A stretch of DNA of 64,000 bases from positions 1 through 64,000 of the forward strand of contig JALMLS010000234.1 of the NCBI GenBank assembly GCA_038496445.1. The letters are read 5' to 3'. The DNA is from Trichosphaerium sp. ATCC 40318 (taxonomy: Eukaryota > Protista > Tubulinea). Under the pieces are notes generated by a model. That model made no database searches and was not told the DNA's origin. It worked only from the letters and a program-made list of their open reading frames with translations. Positions within the stretch are counted from its first letter, which is position 1; each line of letters begins with the position of its first letter. The position numbers and the translations under genes are program-made. Of this stretch, positions 48,121-60,503 are shown in pieces.

Positions 48121-50383
48121 ATGGCAAGCAACGCATCTTGTGATCTATTAAATCTACCAACATTGGCATCCATAACGGATGTAGTGCATTTTGTAAAAAG
48201 TGAGGTTCACAATCGAGGTACACCTCGTCTAGGCCTTATTTCGTGTATTCTTGGCGAACTAGAAGAGAACAATGGCGCATTTCCTCTTGTTTCCTTTGCT
48301 GAAACCTATAGCCGGTTATTATCCTTCTATCGCGGAGAGCTAGCGCATTGTGACGCCAAAACGAAGCGTAAAGAATGGTTTTTCGCAACAGCCACTGACT
48401 TTCCTAGCCGAGCTTCTACAGATCATGTCGAAGTTGACGTGGCACGGAAAACGCGTACTAAAGAAGAACAGACGCTATAAACTAAAGCACGCCCATTTAT
48501 GGCATTTTGTAAACAAATCTCTGTGTAATTGCCTTGGCTTTGCTACAGTACGATGAAATAATACGTATCACGTATTAAAGCAATACCAGGTTGTCGTGGA
48601 TGCCTGTAGAGTGCTTGGTATTAATAACGTACGTGCCCAAGTGTAAAAATGTGCTCCACGGTGACAAAATGACGTTGACAAGGTTTGGCCTATCATAAGC
48701 GAAATTCATGTTTGGATTGGCTTCAAGGAAGATAAAGAGAAGTTAAAAATACTACCACGTGTATCTGACATGTCTGTGTACGTACCAGATATTATGTTAC
48801 GGTGTTTTGGCAAAATGTCATTTTGTTTTTTCTTTTTTGACACTTGACACATTGCAGTCGACTTTTCTTTTTGAGATAGTTTTTTATTAATTTGTTTCAG
48901 GACTGATATGGTTGAAATTATGACACCATCAAGTACTATTGGTTGTCCTGTAGAAGAAAAGAATAGTTTCTCATGGTGCTATCAAAGAAACACGTGGGAT
49001 GAATGGGATGCTACATTATGTAGTGATATTCAGTTTGTAGCAATCCTTTTGACTAATACAGACATTGATGACGTACGTTGTTGGGTTTTTTATTGGATGT
49101 ACGAGCACTTTTTTGTTTAACTTTTTTTAGAATCTAAAGATTCTTCTTATGGCAGGATTGATGGATGATTGTCAGTTTACAAGGGTACCTTGCTCTTTTT
49201 TTGAACTAGCAAGGTGTTATAAGGATACAGAAGATCATGTTAGTGCCAGGAAATATTTCAATAAAGCGGTATTGCATTTCCTTTTTTTGCTACAACCAAA
49301 TGACAAAAAATGTAGGTGGAATCCTCAGAGAAGTTTTGTAATAATTGTAATGTCTATCCATATACAGAACAGGGAGATCATCTCTTTGAAACCGGTACAA
49401 AGCAATCTAATCGTATTAAATCACTAAGTATTTTATTCGTAGGCTTTTTTCTTGAAGCCCTTGAAGCTTATGCACGAGGTAGCTATTTCTCCAATACTGT
49501 TTCAGTTTTGCATGATGGACAGTGTCTTATTTGTTTTAGCTGCAAATGTTACTAGACGTTATCGATACATGTCATGGGATTCTGATCTTGCTAAGGAAAT
49601 GAATCAAATACCAAAACGTGTAGCTACAAAGATTATAACAAAGTTACAAGAACAACAGAAAGAAGAAGGATGGAAATATTTTCTAAGCTTTTTCGATTGT
49701 TTATTTACTTGGTTTGAAAAGAGTTCAATGAGGTTATCAAGTGCATCGGTAGATTACTTTAAGAGTGGTTGTACGAAGTTTCCTAGAGAGTTGTTACATC
49801 ATGTGCCATTAAAAGTAAAGAGAGATGACGAATCAACAACTAAAATGGACAAAACTGATCAAAAACCTTCGGTTGTTTTACCTAGAAAGAGACGCTTGCA
49901 AGCTACTCTTATTGGCCCTGTTAGTAAGAAGAGAAAGATAGAAACAAATAATACATGTGAAAGGTAAGGTCATTCAGTGTACTATCTTATTAACGGTTAA
50001 GTGCTTCCGCTCCTTTTATTGAAGAATCAGAGTTTCAAAAAAATAAGAAGAAACCTGATATTCCGGATACTGTCGCTGTTGGTACCCCAAACAAGTTGGT
50101 AAGTTGTACTACTCATCTCGTGTATTAAATCATTTTTAGGCAGATAAGGATTTTTGTACTATGATACATAGCGATGCGTTGTATAGGGTAGTAGCTGTTT
50201 TGAAAAATGTGAATTGTACAACAAAAGACAATCAACTAAAACAAATTATACATCAAGCTCTTGAATCTGGTACGCAAAATAAACCATAAGATAAGCTACA
50301 TTAATACTTGGGTCTATGTAGAGGTTATTGAAAGTAAAAGAAAACGTGTCAGAAGAAAGAAATCAATACAAACATTTACTTGA
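48121..50383 (+). CDS. MEN1: Menin homologue
   Basis: Collinear matches to menin motifs: [101 protein letters not shown]. Confidence 0.8.
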
Positions 50384-50427
50384 TACTATTTTACAATTTT
50401 ACAAGAAATCAACAAAATGTTTCATTC

Positions 50428-51330
50428 CTAAACGCGCTTGACACCTACAGGCGTATTCAATGCGCTATTTGGTCTGCTAAGACGAGGTGTTGAGTTTCTT
50501 GATAATAAATCAGCACTTGGAGGTGTCATAGGTCTGCGTGGTGATGTTGGTTGTGACAATCTTCCTGAAATCTTTTTTTTCAGTTTTGAAATCCTTGATC
50601 TTTTGTTTCTGCTTGCGACAAGTTTCTGCATAAGCTGTAAGAATGAAAGTGTTAGTAATAGTTTTATGTGTTTTTAAGTATTGTCTTACGTTAATATCGA
50701 GTTGTACAAGTACATCTAGTAGAACAGGAGCGTTTGAAATGACAAATTCTCGAAAAGCGAGGTGAACACTTTTTTTGGAAAAATCATTAGGAAAGTGCTC
50801 CGCCCATACTGCGAATAAGTTGCACACTCTGAGGGTTGTTTTTATGGTGTTTGAAATATTGTTGCTATAAAAAAGTCAGATAAAATATCTAGCAGTCGCT
50901 TTGATTCTAAATATAAACGAATACACGCGAGTTGAAACGGCACACCGTTTCGTTTCGAAAAGACAAAAATAGAAGTCGAAAACAAGTAATTTCTTTTTTT
51001 GCAAGTTTTTTTCTTTCTTTGCTTTGTTTTACCTTGTTGTTGTTTCATTGCTTGTGGTGTTGTTTTGTTGCATTTTCTCTTGGGTTTGCTGTTGATTATA
51101 AACTGCAATAAGGGTATGTAGCTTCCTCTTTGGAGTTATGATAGAGCTAGATAGAAGGGTGTACGCTGAACCAAAATCTAAAATGAGAAAAGTAAGAAAA
51201 AAAAGGATTTGTTTTACAAAAAGAAGTACGAACCGAATTCTGAGTACGCTAGTTGCACAATTTGTTCTTCCCATTCTTTATAGTTTTTTTCTAAGTGTTT
51301 ACGTCCAGGTGAAGTTGTTTTAGAAGGCAT
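50428..51330 (-). CDS. RasGEF N-terminal (REM)-like domain protein without catalytic domain
   Basis: DFGSAYTLLSSSIITPKRKLHTLIAVY...RVCNLFAVWAEHFPNDF, then basic Ser/Pro tail and stop. Confidence 0.6.
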
Positions 51331-51865
51331 TGCTATCTATGTAAAGATGTCACAGATATAAACATACGCGTACTCTTTTTGACTTTTTTTTTTACAATAT
51401 CAAAAAAACTAATTTGTCCGATTCTTCTTAGTTGTTTTTACTCTTCAATCCGCCAACAGTGTTGTGGTACTTGCTATAAGAACATAGTACAGTCGTAACC
51501 GCTAGTTACGACGTTGAATTACCCAAACGGAAGAGGAGCCCGAAACATCTTATTTAGAACGTTTCGTTTGTTTTAGGTAGCACAACAAAATAAGTAATAT
51601 TACGTAATGGCAATAGTTTGTGCAGTAATTACTGCGTAAAGTAAAAACAGAGCAAAAAAGGCAAGTTTCAAAAAAAGAAACTCAGACCTCTTTTTTGCCT
51701 TTACTGCTACTCAAGATCCTCTTTTTTGGCTTTACCCTAATCAACAAAAAGGCCCAAGACTATGGTTTAAGTAACAAGAACGTTACAGTAAGCTATCAGA
51801 ACACACAACTTATTTTTATTTACAAAGGTTTTTTGAATTCTCATTCATTGCTCAGTTTTTTTTTT

Positions 51866-53297
51866 TTACATTTCGTCATCGGATGGTGCATCTTCTTGTG
51901 CAACAACATAAAAGTCTACAAAACTCAACTCTCCTACACAGGCGGGAAAAGTCAGTGATGACCAAAATGGTAAAAATAGAATAAATCAAAAAAAGTAGTG
52001 ATTTGTTTGTTGTTTTGGTATAGCCGCTTTAGTTACTTACCGTCTTCTGTTGGTATCATATGCTGTATGTTAAGTAACCCACGAGCATTTAGGCGTATCA
52101 TCGTTTTCTTAGCACTACCAAGTGCTTTTAGGCAAGGTTGTAATAGTTTTAACCGATATCTAAATATGGTCATTAAATCAAAAAAGGCCGGAAAAACCGA
52201 ATGTGTCGTACTCAAAAAGCATATCTTGTGTGCATTCAAAAGACTCAAAAGGTTCAGAATCCTTGTTATAATCAACAGCAAGGCTACCAGTAGCACTTAC
52301 AGTCTTAAGCTGAAAATGAGGGTCCGTTCGTGCAATACGCAAAGAAGCAACGCTATTTGACCAATCTAGCTCTCCAAATGCGTCTCTAAGGGCGTCACTC
52401 TACATTAAAGTCAACCAAAGCGCGTAAAACACAATTTCAATAAAGAAACACTACCAGCCTCAAAAAACTAATAAAAACCTCTCCATTACCTTACCTTCAT
52501 TATAACTTTGGCTGTCTGTGGTGCTGATCGTAGATTAAATACAGGAGAAGCGAGTGAAGGCTCTTCTGTATGTATTGTGCAATCAGTCAGTACGTCATTT
52601 TCCTCAAGCCTAAATCTAAACGTAAGAAAAAACTGTCTCAGTTCTTGTTGGTTTTCTTCACGTGCAATACAAGTAGTGGATTTCCGTGACCTTTGTATCC
52701 CATTTGAAGTGCTGGGAAGCTTGATGGAGAGTTACCATAGATATCAAGGCAGCTTAGAAGTGCTAAAAGCAAAATTAATCAAAAATCCTTAGTATGCTTC
52801 TTTTATGTCTTTTTTGGCGTAGCAAAGGTGTTTTACGCACCATGAAGGCTAACTGCAAAGTCTACATTGTCACTTTGGCTGTTAAAGTTGTATTCTTGAA
52901 ACAGAGTATGCGATAGCATTGTACTGCCCTATGAACGCGTTTAGATAAATGAGCGGTTTATTTTTTGAATATTTGTTTTTTAGTGGAAAGGCAACAATTT
53001 ATGCGTATGATTCTTTGGGCGTACTTGCATGGCTTGTTTCTTTTCTACGCTACATTTTATACCAGCAGCCGAAACATTAAACGTTACGCTCTACAAACGC
53101 GTTAGTACTTGTATCAAGAGCTCCAGGAATAAACATACGCAGTTTGGGTCATACTGTAACGTTTTAAGTAAACCAGAAAGTGTACGCGCGTTCTCCATCT
53201 TCACAAGCAAAGTAAACTTCACAGGGCCTGCGTCTTGCGTTGGTTTGGCTGTGATTGATTGGGAAAGGTTTTGCGATATTGAACCGGCTGTGTACAT
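51866..53297 (-). CDS. RAD1: 9-1-1 checkpoint clamp subunit RAD1
   Basis: LLVKMENARTLSGLLK; LLSCLDIYG...LQMGYKGHGNPLLVLLEENDVLTDC; SDALRDAFGELD; YRLKLLQPCLKAL..IRLNARGLLNIQHMI. Confidence 0.92.
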
Positions 53298-53420
53298 GGT
53301 GTTACGCTTGTGTTTGTATTAGATCGAAATTTCTGTGCTGATAGAAAACCCACGACAATTTGTTACTTCTGAGAAAAACGCCATCAATAAGCGCGAAGTA
53401 TGTCATTTTTGCGTTGAGAC
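53298..53420. promoter_or_regulatory. 123-bp divergent intergenic region between RAD1 and PIF1 starts
   Basis: Head-to-head ATGs at 53297 (-) and 53421 (+). Confidence 0.5.
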
Positions 53421-56400
53421 ATGTCAAAGAACAGCTCAAGCACCGTAAAAAGTACCCCGCCCAAAAGGAAGAAAACGTTGGGTGTAAGGAGGAGAATTGG
53501 TACTACTGGAGGATGGAATAAGCGTGTAGCGACACCAAAAGCGGAATTTGATGATGATTGGCAAAGTAGCCGCAATATACCCAAAAAAGTGCCTGAGGCG
53601 TTCAATATACAATTATCAGAGGTGAGTAAGCGTTATTGGCACTTTTTTAAATTAATCAGGAACAACGTGCTGTTTCCAAAGCTATTCATCGCGGAAAAAG
53701 CATATTCTTTACTGGCAGCGCTGGTACAGGTAAATCGGTACGAATTAGTTGATACAAACCAATTTCAGTTACTTTGATGCCTACGACGATAATATTGCTG
53801 CATTTCGCGTTATAATTATTAACGGTCCCACTAGACGTTGCTTCGATACATCATTAGAACATTACCGGACGACACAACCTACGTAACGGCTGCAACAGGT
53901 GTTGCTGCAGTAACTATTGGTGGCATGTACGTCAAAAGGAAAAAAACTTGCACGGCTGACACTTTGACATTCAGGACGATTCACTCGTTTGCTGGTATTG
54001 GTTTGGGTAGAGAAAATAAACTAGCACTTGCTGAGAAAGCACTAAAGTCGCGGGCAAAGCAGTACTGGCAGAAATGTAAAGGTACAATGAAGAGTTAATT
54101 AATCACGTTTCTTTTGTTTTTATTTTATTCTCAATTAACATGTTGTCCTTAGTGCTCATTATAGATGAAATATCCATGATTGATGCGGATCTAATGGATA
54201 AACTTGATTATGTTGCTAAGTATATACGACAAAAGAAAGAACCATTCGGAGGTACACACGTTTTCTTGTAGAGTTTTTGTTTTGAACTGTTTTTTTACTT
54301 GGTTTGTAGGCATTCAGCTTGTATGTTGTGGTGATTTTTTCCAGTTACCGCCTATCAATAGATCAGGTCCTAATGGTGAAGTAATGTTTGCTTTTGAGTC
54401 AAAGGCGTGGAATGAAACAATACAGGAATCGTTTGAGTTGACACAAGTTTACAGACAAGTAAACAACAAAAAAAAAAAGTGCAATCATTGCCTAACGTTG
54501 TTGTAGAAAGGAGACAATGACTTCATTAAGATGCTGAATCAAATACGTCATGGTCAGTGTAAATCATCAACCAAACAGATGCTTGAAGAATGCTTGTACA
54601 GAAAACTAGATGAATCAAATGGCGTTCAACCTACACATCTTTTCGCTTTAAACAAAGATGTTGGTACGAAGAAAAAATGAACTTTTTATTCATCTAGGTT
54701 GTACTAATGTTACTTCTTTTAAAGATAGAGAAAACTCTAGTAGGCTTACAGAGTTAACAGGACAGACAGTATTGTACAAAGCAAAAGACAGGTACTACCA
54801 AGTGAATAAATGCAGTTTTGTTTAAACTTCAATAGAGGTGCAGAACCTTATATAAGTCAAATGAAACGGCACTGCCAAGCTCCTGAAGAATTACTACTTA
54901 AAGTTGGAGCCCAAGTCATGTTGCTCAAGGTACGTTGATTACAAGAGAGTTTTAACATTCTTATACGATCATTAGAACACAGATGTTAAGAGAGGTTTGT
55001 GTAGTGGAGCAAGAGGTGTTGTGATTAGTTTTGACAAGACAAAAAAGCGTCAATACCCTATTGTTAGAGCACGTGTCTTTTTTAGTATTTAATGATGATT
55101 AATTAACTATGTATTATTAATATTGGTGTTTAGTTCGCTAATGGAATAGTTGAGACTGTTGAACTGACTAAGTGGGAAGTTAATGTCGCTGGGAGAGATG
55201 TGGCTGTACGATTTGAGTTCTTTTGTTTTAGTTGTGTCCACAGGAGCTTATTTAGTATTAGACACGTCATCAATTACCTTTGAGGCTCGCATGGGCATTG
55301 ACAATACATAAATGTCAAGGTCAAACTATTGAACATGCAGAGATGAAGCTTGATAATGTCTTTGAATAGTATGTTCATCTTTTTAGCATTCTGTCTGTTA
55401 CTAACTATTTCATTGTGCAGTGGTCAAGCATATGTAGCACTATCACGTGTATCTTCGTTGAAAGGATTACGATTACTTTCTTTTGACTCAAGGATAATTC
55501 GTGCGCACCCTAAAGTACTCATGTTCTACAAGGTACAGCATCAAAAGAACATTTTGTTCAACTCTTTATTTTTAATGTCTATTCTCACTTTATTCTCCTT
55601 CAGCGCTTTGATAATTACAAAAAACCACTTCAAAAAAATAAGCCGTACGTCTCGTGAATTCGTTGCTAAATAACGTGCTAACTTTGAGCTTAATTTAGTA
55701 CGAAAACATTTGTAAAAAAAGCACCAGCCAAGAAAAAACCCACTAAGAAAACACCACCAAAACCTGCATCTTCAACAGTACGTCTAGATAATCCACTCCC
55801 ATAGCTAGGTATTTTCGTTTCTGATATATTGCAAAGCCCTCAGGTGGAATGTTTGGACGTGGTGGCTTCAAATTCTCGCTACCAACAACAAGAACACAAC
55901 CTGTAATTTCACCAGACGAAGATGAAGATAAAGAAGAAGAGACTGAAGATAAACACATGAACGATGCGGTTACAGCAACACTTATACCTGTTGATACACC
56001 AGAAGAATCGGTATGTTTATTATGCTAAGATATATGCACACTGAAACAAATACAATAGGACGAAGAAGAATCTAGTGAAGATGAAGAAAAAAAATCAATT
56101 GATATTTTCAAGTTGGATGCAAAGCGAAGTGCTTTGCGTACTGGATTTAATTCATATGCTAATAGGTGAGTATTATTCACAGTTAAAAAACCCAAGTAAT
56201 AATTTATTTGTTAGGCAACGTCCACCACTCAAAGGAAAGAAACCGCTGCCTGTTGGTAAACCGAATTGTCTTACTGGTAAAGCATTTGTTGTTACTGGTG
56301 TTTTGGAGTCCCTTGAACGAGAAGAGGCTGAAGCACTTATCAAACAGTATGGAGGGTACGTCATAAAGAATTACGGGAAACGATTGATGATTGTGATTGT

Positions 56401-57753
56401 ATCTAACTGTTCCTCGTTAGTCTTGTTTTCAAATCAGTTGCTAAAAAGGTTACACATGCACTTGTTGGTGATCAATATGGAATATCTAAAATACGAACAA
56501 TTGTTGATAGATATATACCTATTATAAACGAGGATGGTTTATTTAAGATGATATCTACATTGGCTGAAGCCAAACCTGTAGAGAAGAAAAAAAAGAAACC
56601 AACAAGAAAAAGGTAAGACTCACTTTGTTAAGTTGAGGTATTAAGTCATTGTTTTAGGAAGTCTACGTCTCCTGTAAAACCAGCTGTGGAGTGGCCTATA
56701 CGTAGGAAGACATCACCAAAGTCTTCTACAAGGCTGAAATTGGAGGATTTTGATAACCAACCGAGAGTAAAGAGACAAAAGACTGATGATATTGTTTCTA
56801 TTGATTTGACTGATGACGATGATGTTATGACTGATATATCTGATTCTAGAAATCAAATGGATTCAAGAACAGAGTCTATTATTGCAAAACATATGGGTAT
56901 AGATAAATCAAAGGATGGACATAGTATAGCACAAGAGATGAGTGAATGGTTTGATGATCCAGATGAACTTGAAGATATTCTCAACAAAACAGTTTTCCAA
57001 CCTAAAAAAAAAACATCTACCTCTACACAACAAACACATAAAACAAACAAAGTTATCGATGATGACGATGACAAAGACACTGTTGATGATTTTTTCAGAA
57101 AATACAAGACAAAAAAAACAAACACAACAACACCATCGCCGAAGAAAGAAAAACCAGAATTTTTGAAGAAAAAAAAAGAAGACAAAAAAGATGGATTCTC
57201 GAGTGCTAGGGTTACTAAAGATACCAGCGAAAAAAAGACGAGTATTTTGGATCTATTAGAATCTATATCAGATGACGACGATGATATTGATATTGATGCA
57301 TTACTTGCAAGTCCACCGAGAACACAAAACTCTAAGCCAACTAAAGAAGACGAGAAAAAAGACTCTACTAACATTACTGTTGATGCTTTATTGGTAGATG
57401 ATGATAGTGATAGTGATAGTGAAGCTGAGTTTGCTAGAGTATTAGCAAAGTACAGAAAAGATAAAAAAGAAGCTACTGAAGAGAAAACAGAGAAAAAAGA
57501 TGTTAAGTCTTTAAAAAAAGCTGCAAAAGAAGCAGATAAAAAAAGAGTACTACTAGGCACGTGATTTTCGCGGTTTTCCCTTTTTATTGCCTATGACTAA
57601 CTAGTTATGTTATCTATAGATGATATTGCAAGTGCGCCAGTGTTCTCAAAGAGGGAAGCAGTGATTAGTGCAACAAAGAAGAAAAAAAGAAAAAGTCTAA
57701 TACCCGCTTCTAAAAAAGCTCTTTTTGATTCAGATGATTCTCTTGACTTTTAA
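53421..57753 (+). CDS. PIF1: PIF1 helicase fused to RFC1-type BRCT domain and acidic/basic tail
   Basis: [62 protein letters not shown]; then [34 protein letters not shown]. Confidence 0.9.
55069..55133 (+). other. GC-AG intron with GCACGTG donor in PIF1 (one of at least five)
   Basis: Removal restores the conserved PIVR|FANG; using the GT four nt downstream breaks the frame. Confidence 0.8.
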
Positions 57754-58157
57754 AACTTGTATCATAAATAAAGAGGATTTACCAACTTGTAAACTGAATT
57801 GTTTATTGTGAGAGCCTCTTAAAACTTGACATCTTCAAATACACTGAAATCAGAAAGTAAAAATTACAAGGTTTATCATACAATGAGAAGTTAATGTGAC
57901 ACTTATTACTGTCTCTTCACATCTCAAGTTCGCCCTTCTTAGAGGCAGCGGGTGTCACCACAACAATCTCGAGTGCCAACAGCGACAACCTCAGAACAAA
58001 ATACCGATGCCTCTCAGTTTGGTGTAACCAGTCAAGAGCTGATACGGTATTAACAACCTCACATAAAATATATCTGCTATTTGTTTACCCAAAATGTTGA
58101 GTCAAATGATTTTCTATCCGTGCACAACTTAACCACTAAAGGGATACCGAAAACATC

Positions 58158-60022
58158 ATGTCGTACAAGCTCTTGTTGATTTGTTTTGTTTGGGTTTATC
58201 CTAGGGTACGATGATTTACGTTCTTGTCGATTTTTTCACCAACTATAGATACTGTGCTGAAAACGTTGTTATTGATACCTCTCGCGTCATTGCTGACACT
58301 GGTACAAAGTTTATTGGTGCTGGGTGCGCAAGATTCAACTTATTCCAAAACCTTTTCAAAATCACGTGATTAATAATTTAGATGGGAAGTAGAGCGTGTT
58401 TTAGCTCAAGAAGAATTTTTGACAAATAAACAGTTTCAATATTTGACGCGTCAAATAAGCCCAGGCGTTCTTCGTGTTGGTGGTATATCAGCAGATTTCG
58501 TCCGCTATGACTTGAAGAGTAGTATTGGGTAAGTTCTGGAGACTCACTTTGAGAAATCTCATGAGAAAACGTGGTTCTTTCTAATTTTTTTTACTATCTA
58601 GTGCTGGCGATTTTCCTATTCCAATAAAGGATATGCCTGTTTCTGTTTTCAAAAAAATAGTTGATTTCGCTGAAGCTGCTAATCTTGATTTCTTGTTCGA
58701 CTTGAACGAGTTATATGGTCGTAATTGTACAACTTCAACTTGTACTGGACCTTGGGATACAAGTAATCTAGAGTCCTTTTTAAATTACCTAAAAGAAAAT
58801 AACATTGGACCTATTCATGGGTTTGAACTCGGCAATGAGTTGACCCGTAAGCCTCATATATCTATTGAACAGAATATCCAAGATTACAACAGGCTAAATA
58901 AGATATTCACGGCTATTTGGCCGAACAACAAACCTCTTATTTTTGGACCGAGCACAAATTACTGTGACGAAGATGTTCAAAAGTTTATGTCAGGAACGAA
59001 GTCTTTTTTGAGTGGTTTTACGTATCATACGTACCCTGCTGGTGATGGAACTACTCTTGCACAAGATTTAGTAAGCGCTAATTGGCTAAGAAATAATATT
59101 TTAAAGCAAGACAAACAAGCTAATAGCAGTGGTTGTGTTAGCATTTGGAAACAAATAGGTACAAGGTGTTTTTTTTTGGTTCCACTTTAAAAAATCTCGT
59201 CCTGTTATTCCTCGGCTCTTATTTATACTCTAAGGACAAGCGAATGATATTAAACTATGGATAACTGAAACAAATTCTGCTTATAAAGATGCTGGCGGGG
59301 TACAATCTTAAAAAAAGACCAACCATCTCTTTGATTTTTCATCTTAATTTTGCATTTAGTTTACTGGCATGTTCCAAAACGGATTTTGGTATATTGCTTC
59401 CCTTGGGCAATATGCAAGCTCAGGTGTTACACTACACGCAAGATGGGCGCTTACAAACCATGATACATTGGGTCTCATAAACCTTAGAACAACACCTATA
59501 TCAGGTACAACAAAACGAAAATTTTAAAAAAAAACACAAATTAAGTTAACGCTATTTAAGTTGCTCCTGACTACTGGCCTGCCGTATTATACAAGCGAGT
59601 CATGGGTACCAAGGTATTGGGAACTACTACAGGTAATCACTGCTTTGTTAGAGCTATCAAACCTCTAAAGACCTTCTTTAGATAGCAACGGACAAGTGTT
59701 GGCTTATGCTCATTGTGCAAGTTCTTCTCAGTCTCAAGGCGCTGTTGTTGTCATGTACGCAAACCCAGGACCTCTAATAATTACTTTGAATATATCTGGA
59801 TTCAACGCAATGTTCCCAAGAAATGAGTACATCTTTACGGCAGACACATTGCAATCCACTGTTTCTAAGTTAAATGGACAAAAACTTCTACTTGGATCTG
59901 ATGGTACTTTACCTCCAATGCAGGCGAAGGTGGTTACATCTGGAGACTTTGTTGTACCTCCTAGATCATATGGGTTTGCTGTTTTCCCTTCAGCGGGTGT
60001 TGCTGCATGTGCTGGCAAGTAA
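58158..60022 (+). CDS. GH79 heparanase-like / beta-glucuronidase, secreted
   Basis: LRVGGISAD, FELGNE, LWITETNSAY, PDYWPAVLYKRVMGTKVL, LAYAHCA. Confidence 0.9.
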
Positions 60023-60503
60023 GAAGCGATATTACAATAAAAATTCAGCATTTCTTCAACCTTACATTAGAATCTACAGTTACTGAAATGAGGTTTTATT
60101 CTAATGGATGTTGTTAAGTATCTAACAATTAAATTAAGGATGCAATCCTATTCCGAGACGGATAGATCCTAATCCTAAGCGAACTGTGGTAAGATCGCGT
60201 AAAACTAACCCAAACACAAGAAAGAAAAGAAAAACCAGTACTGCACAAAAATGACTTTTCTGAATATTTGGTTTTTAAGGAGAATCCTCCCGTGTACTGC
60301 CTGCAACCTTACTACGTTCACAAAAGCTACACAGTACCCTGAGTATGTGATTTAATAATAACATAATCATTACAAGGCTTACCTGTTGTTTTTTTTGACA
60401 ACTAAAAGTACAATTTTTATTTCAACATCTTTTTTTTTTCATAGCACATGTTTCTCGCAACTTTCTGAAGTTTGGACAGTATGAATGTATACTTGACTAG
60501 GTA

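Noticed and set aside
56215-56610. Separate RFC1 gene
   Set aside because: No AAA+ Walker motifs follow the BRCT and the upstream frame is continuous with PIF1
56853-57560. 235-aa minus-strand ORF rich in Ser/Phe/Leu
   Set aside because: Antisense shadow of the Lys/Asp/Glu-rich PIF1 tail exon
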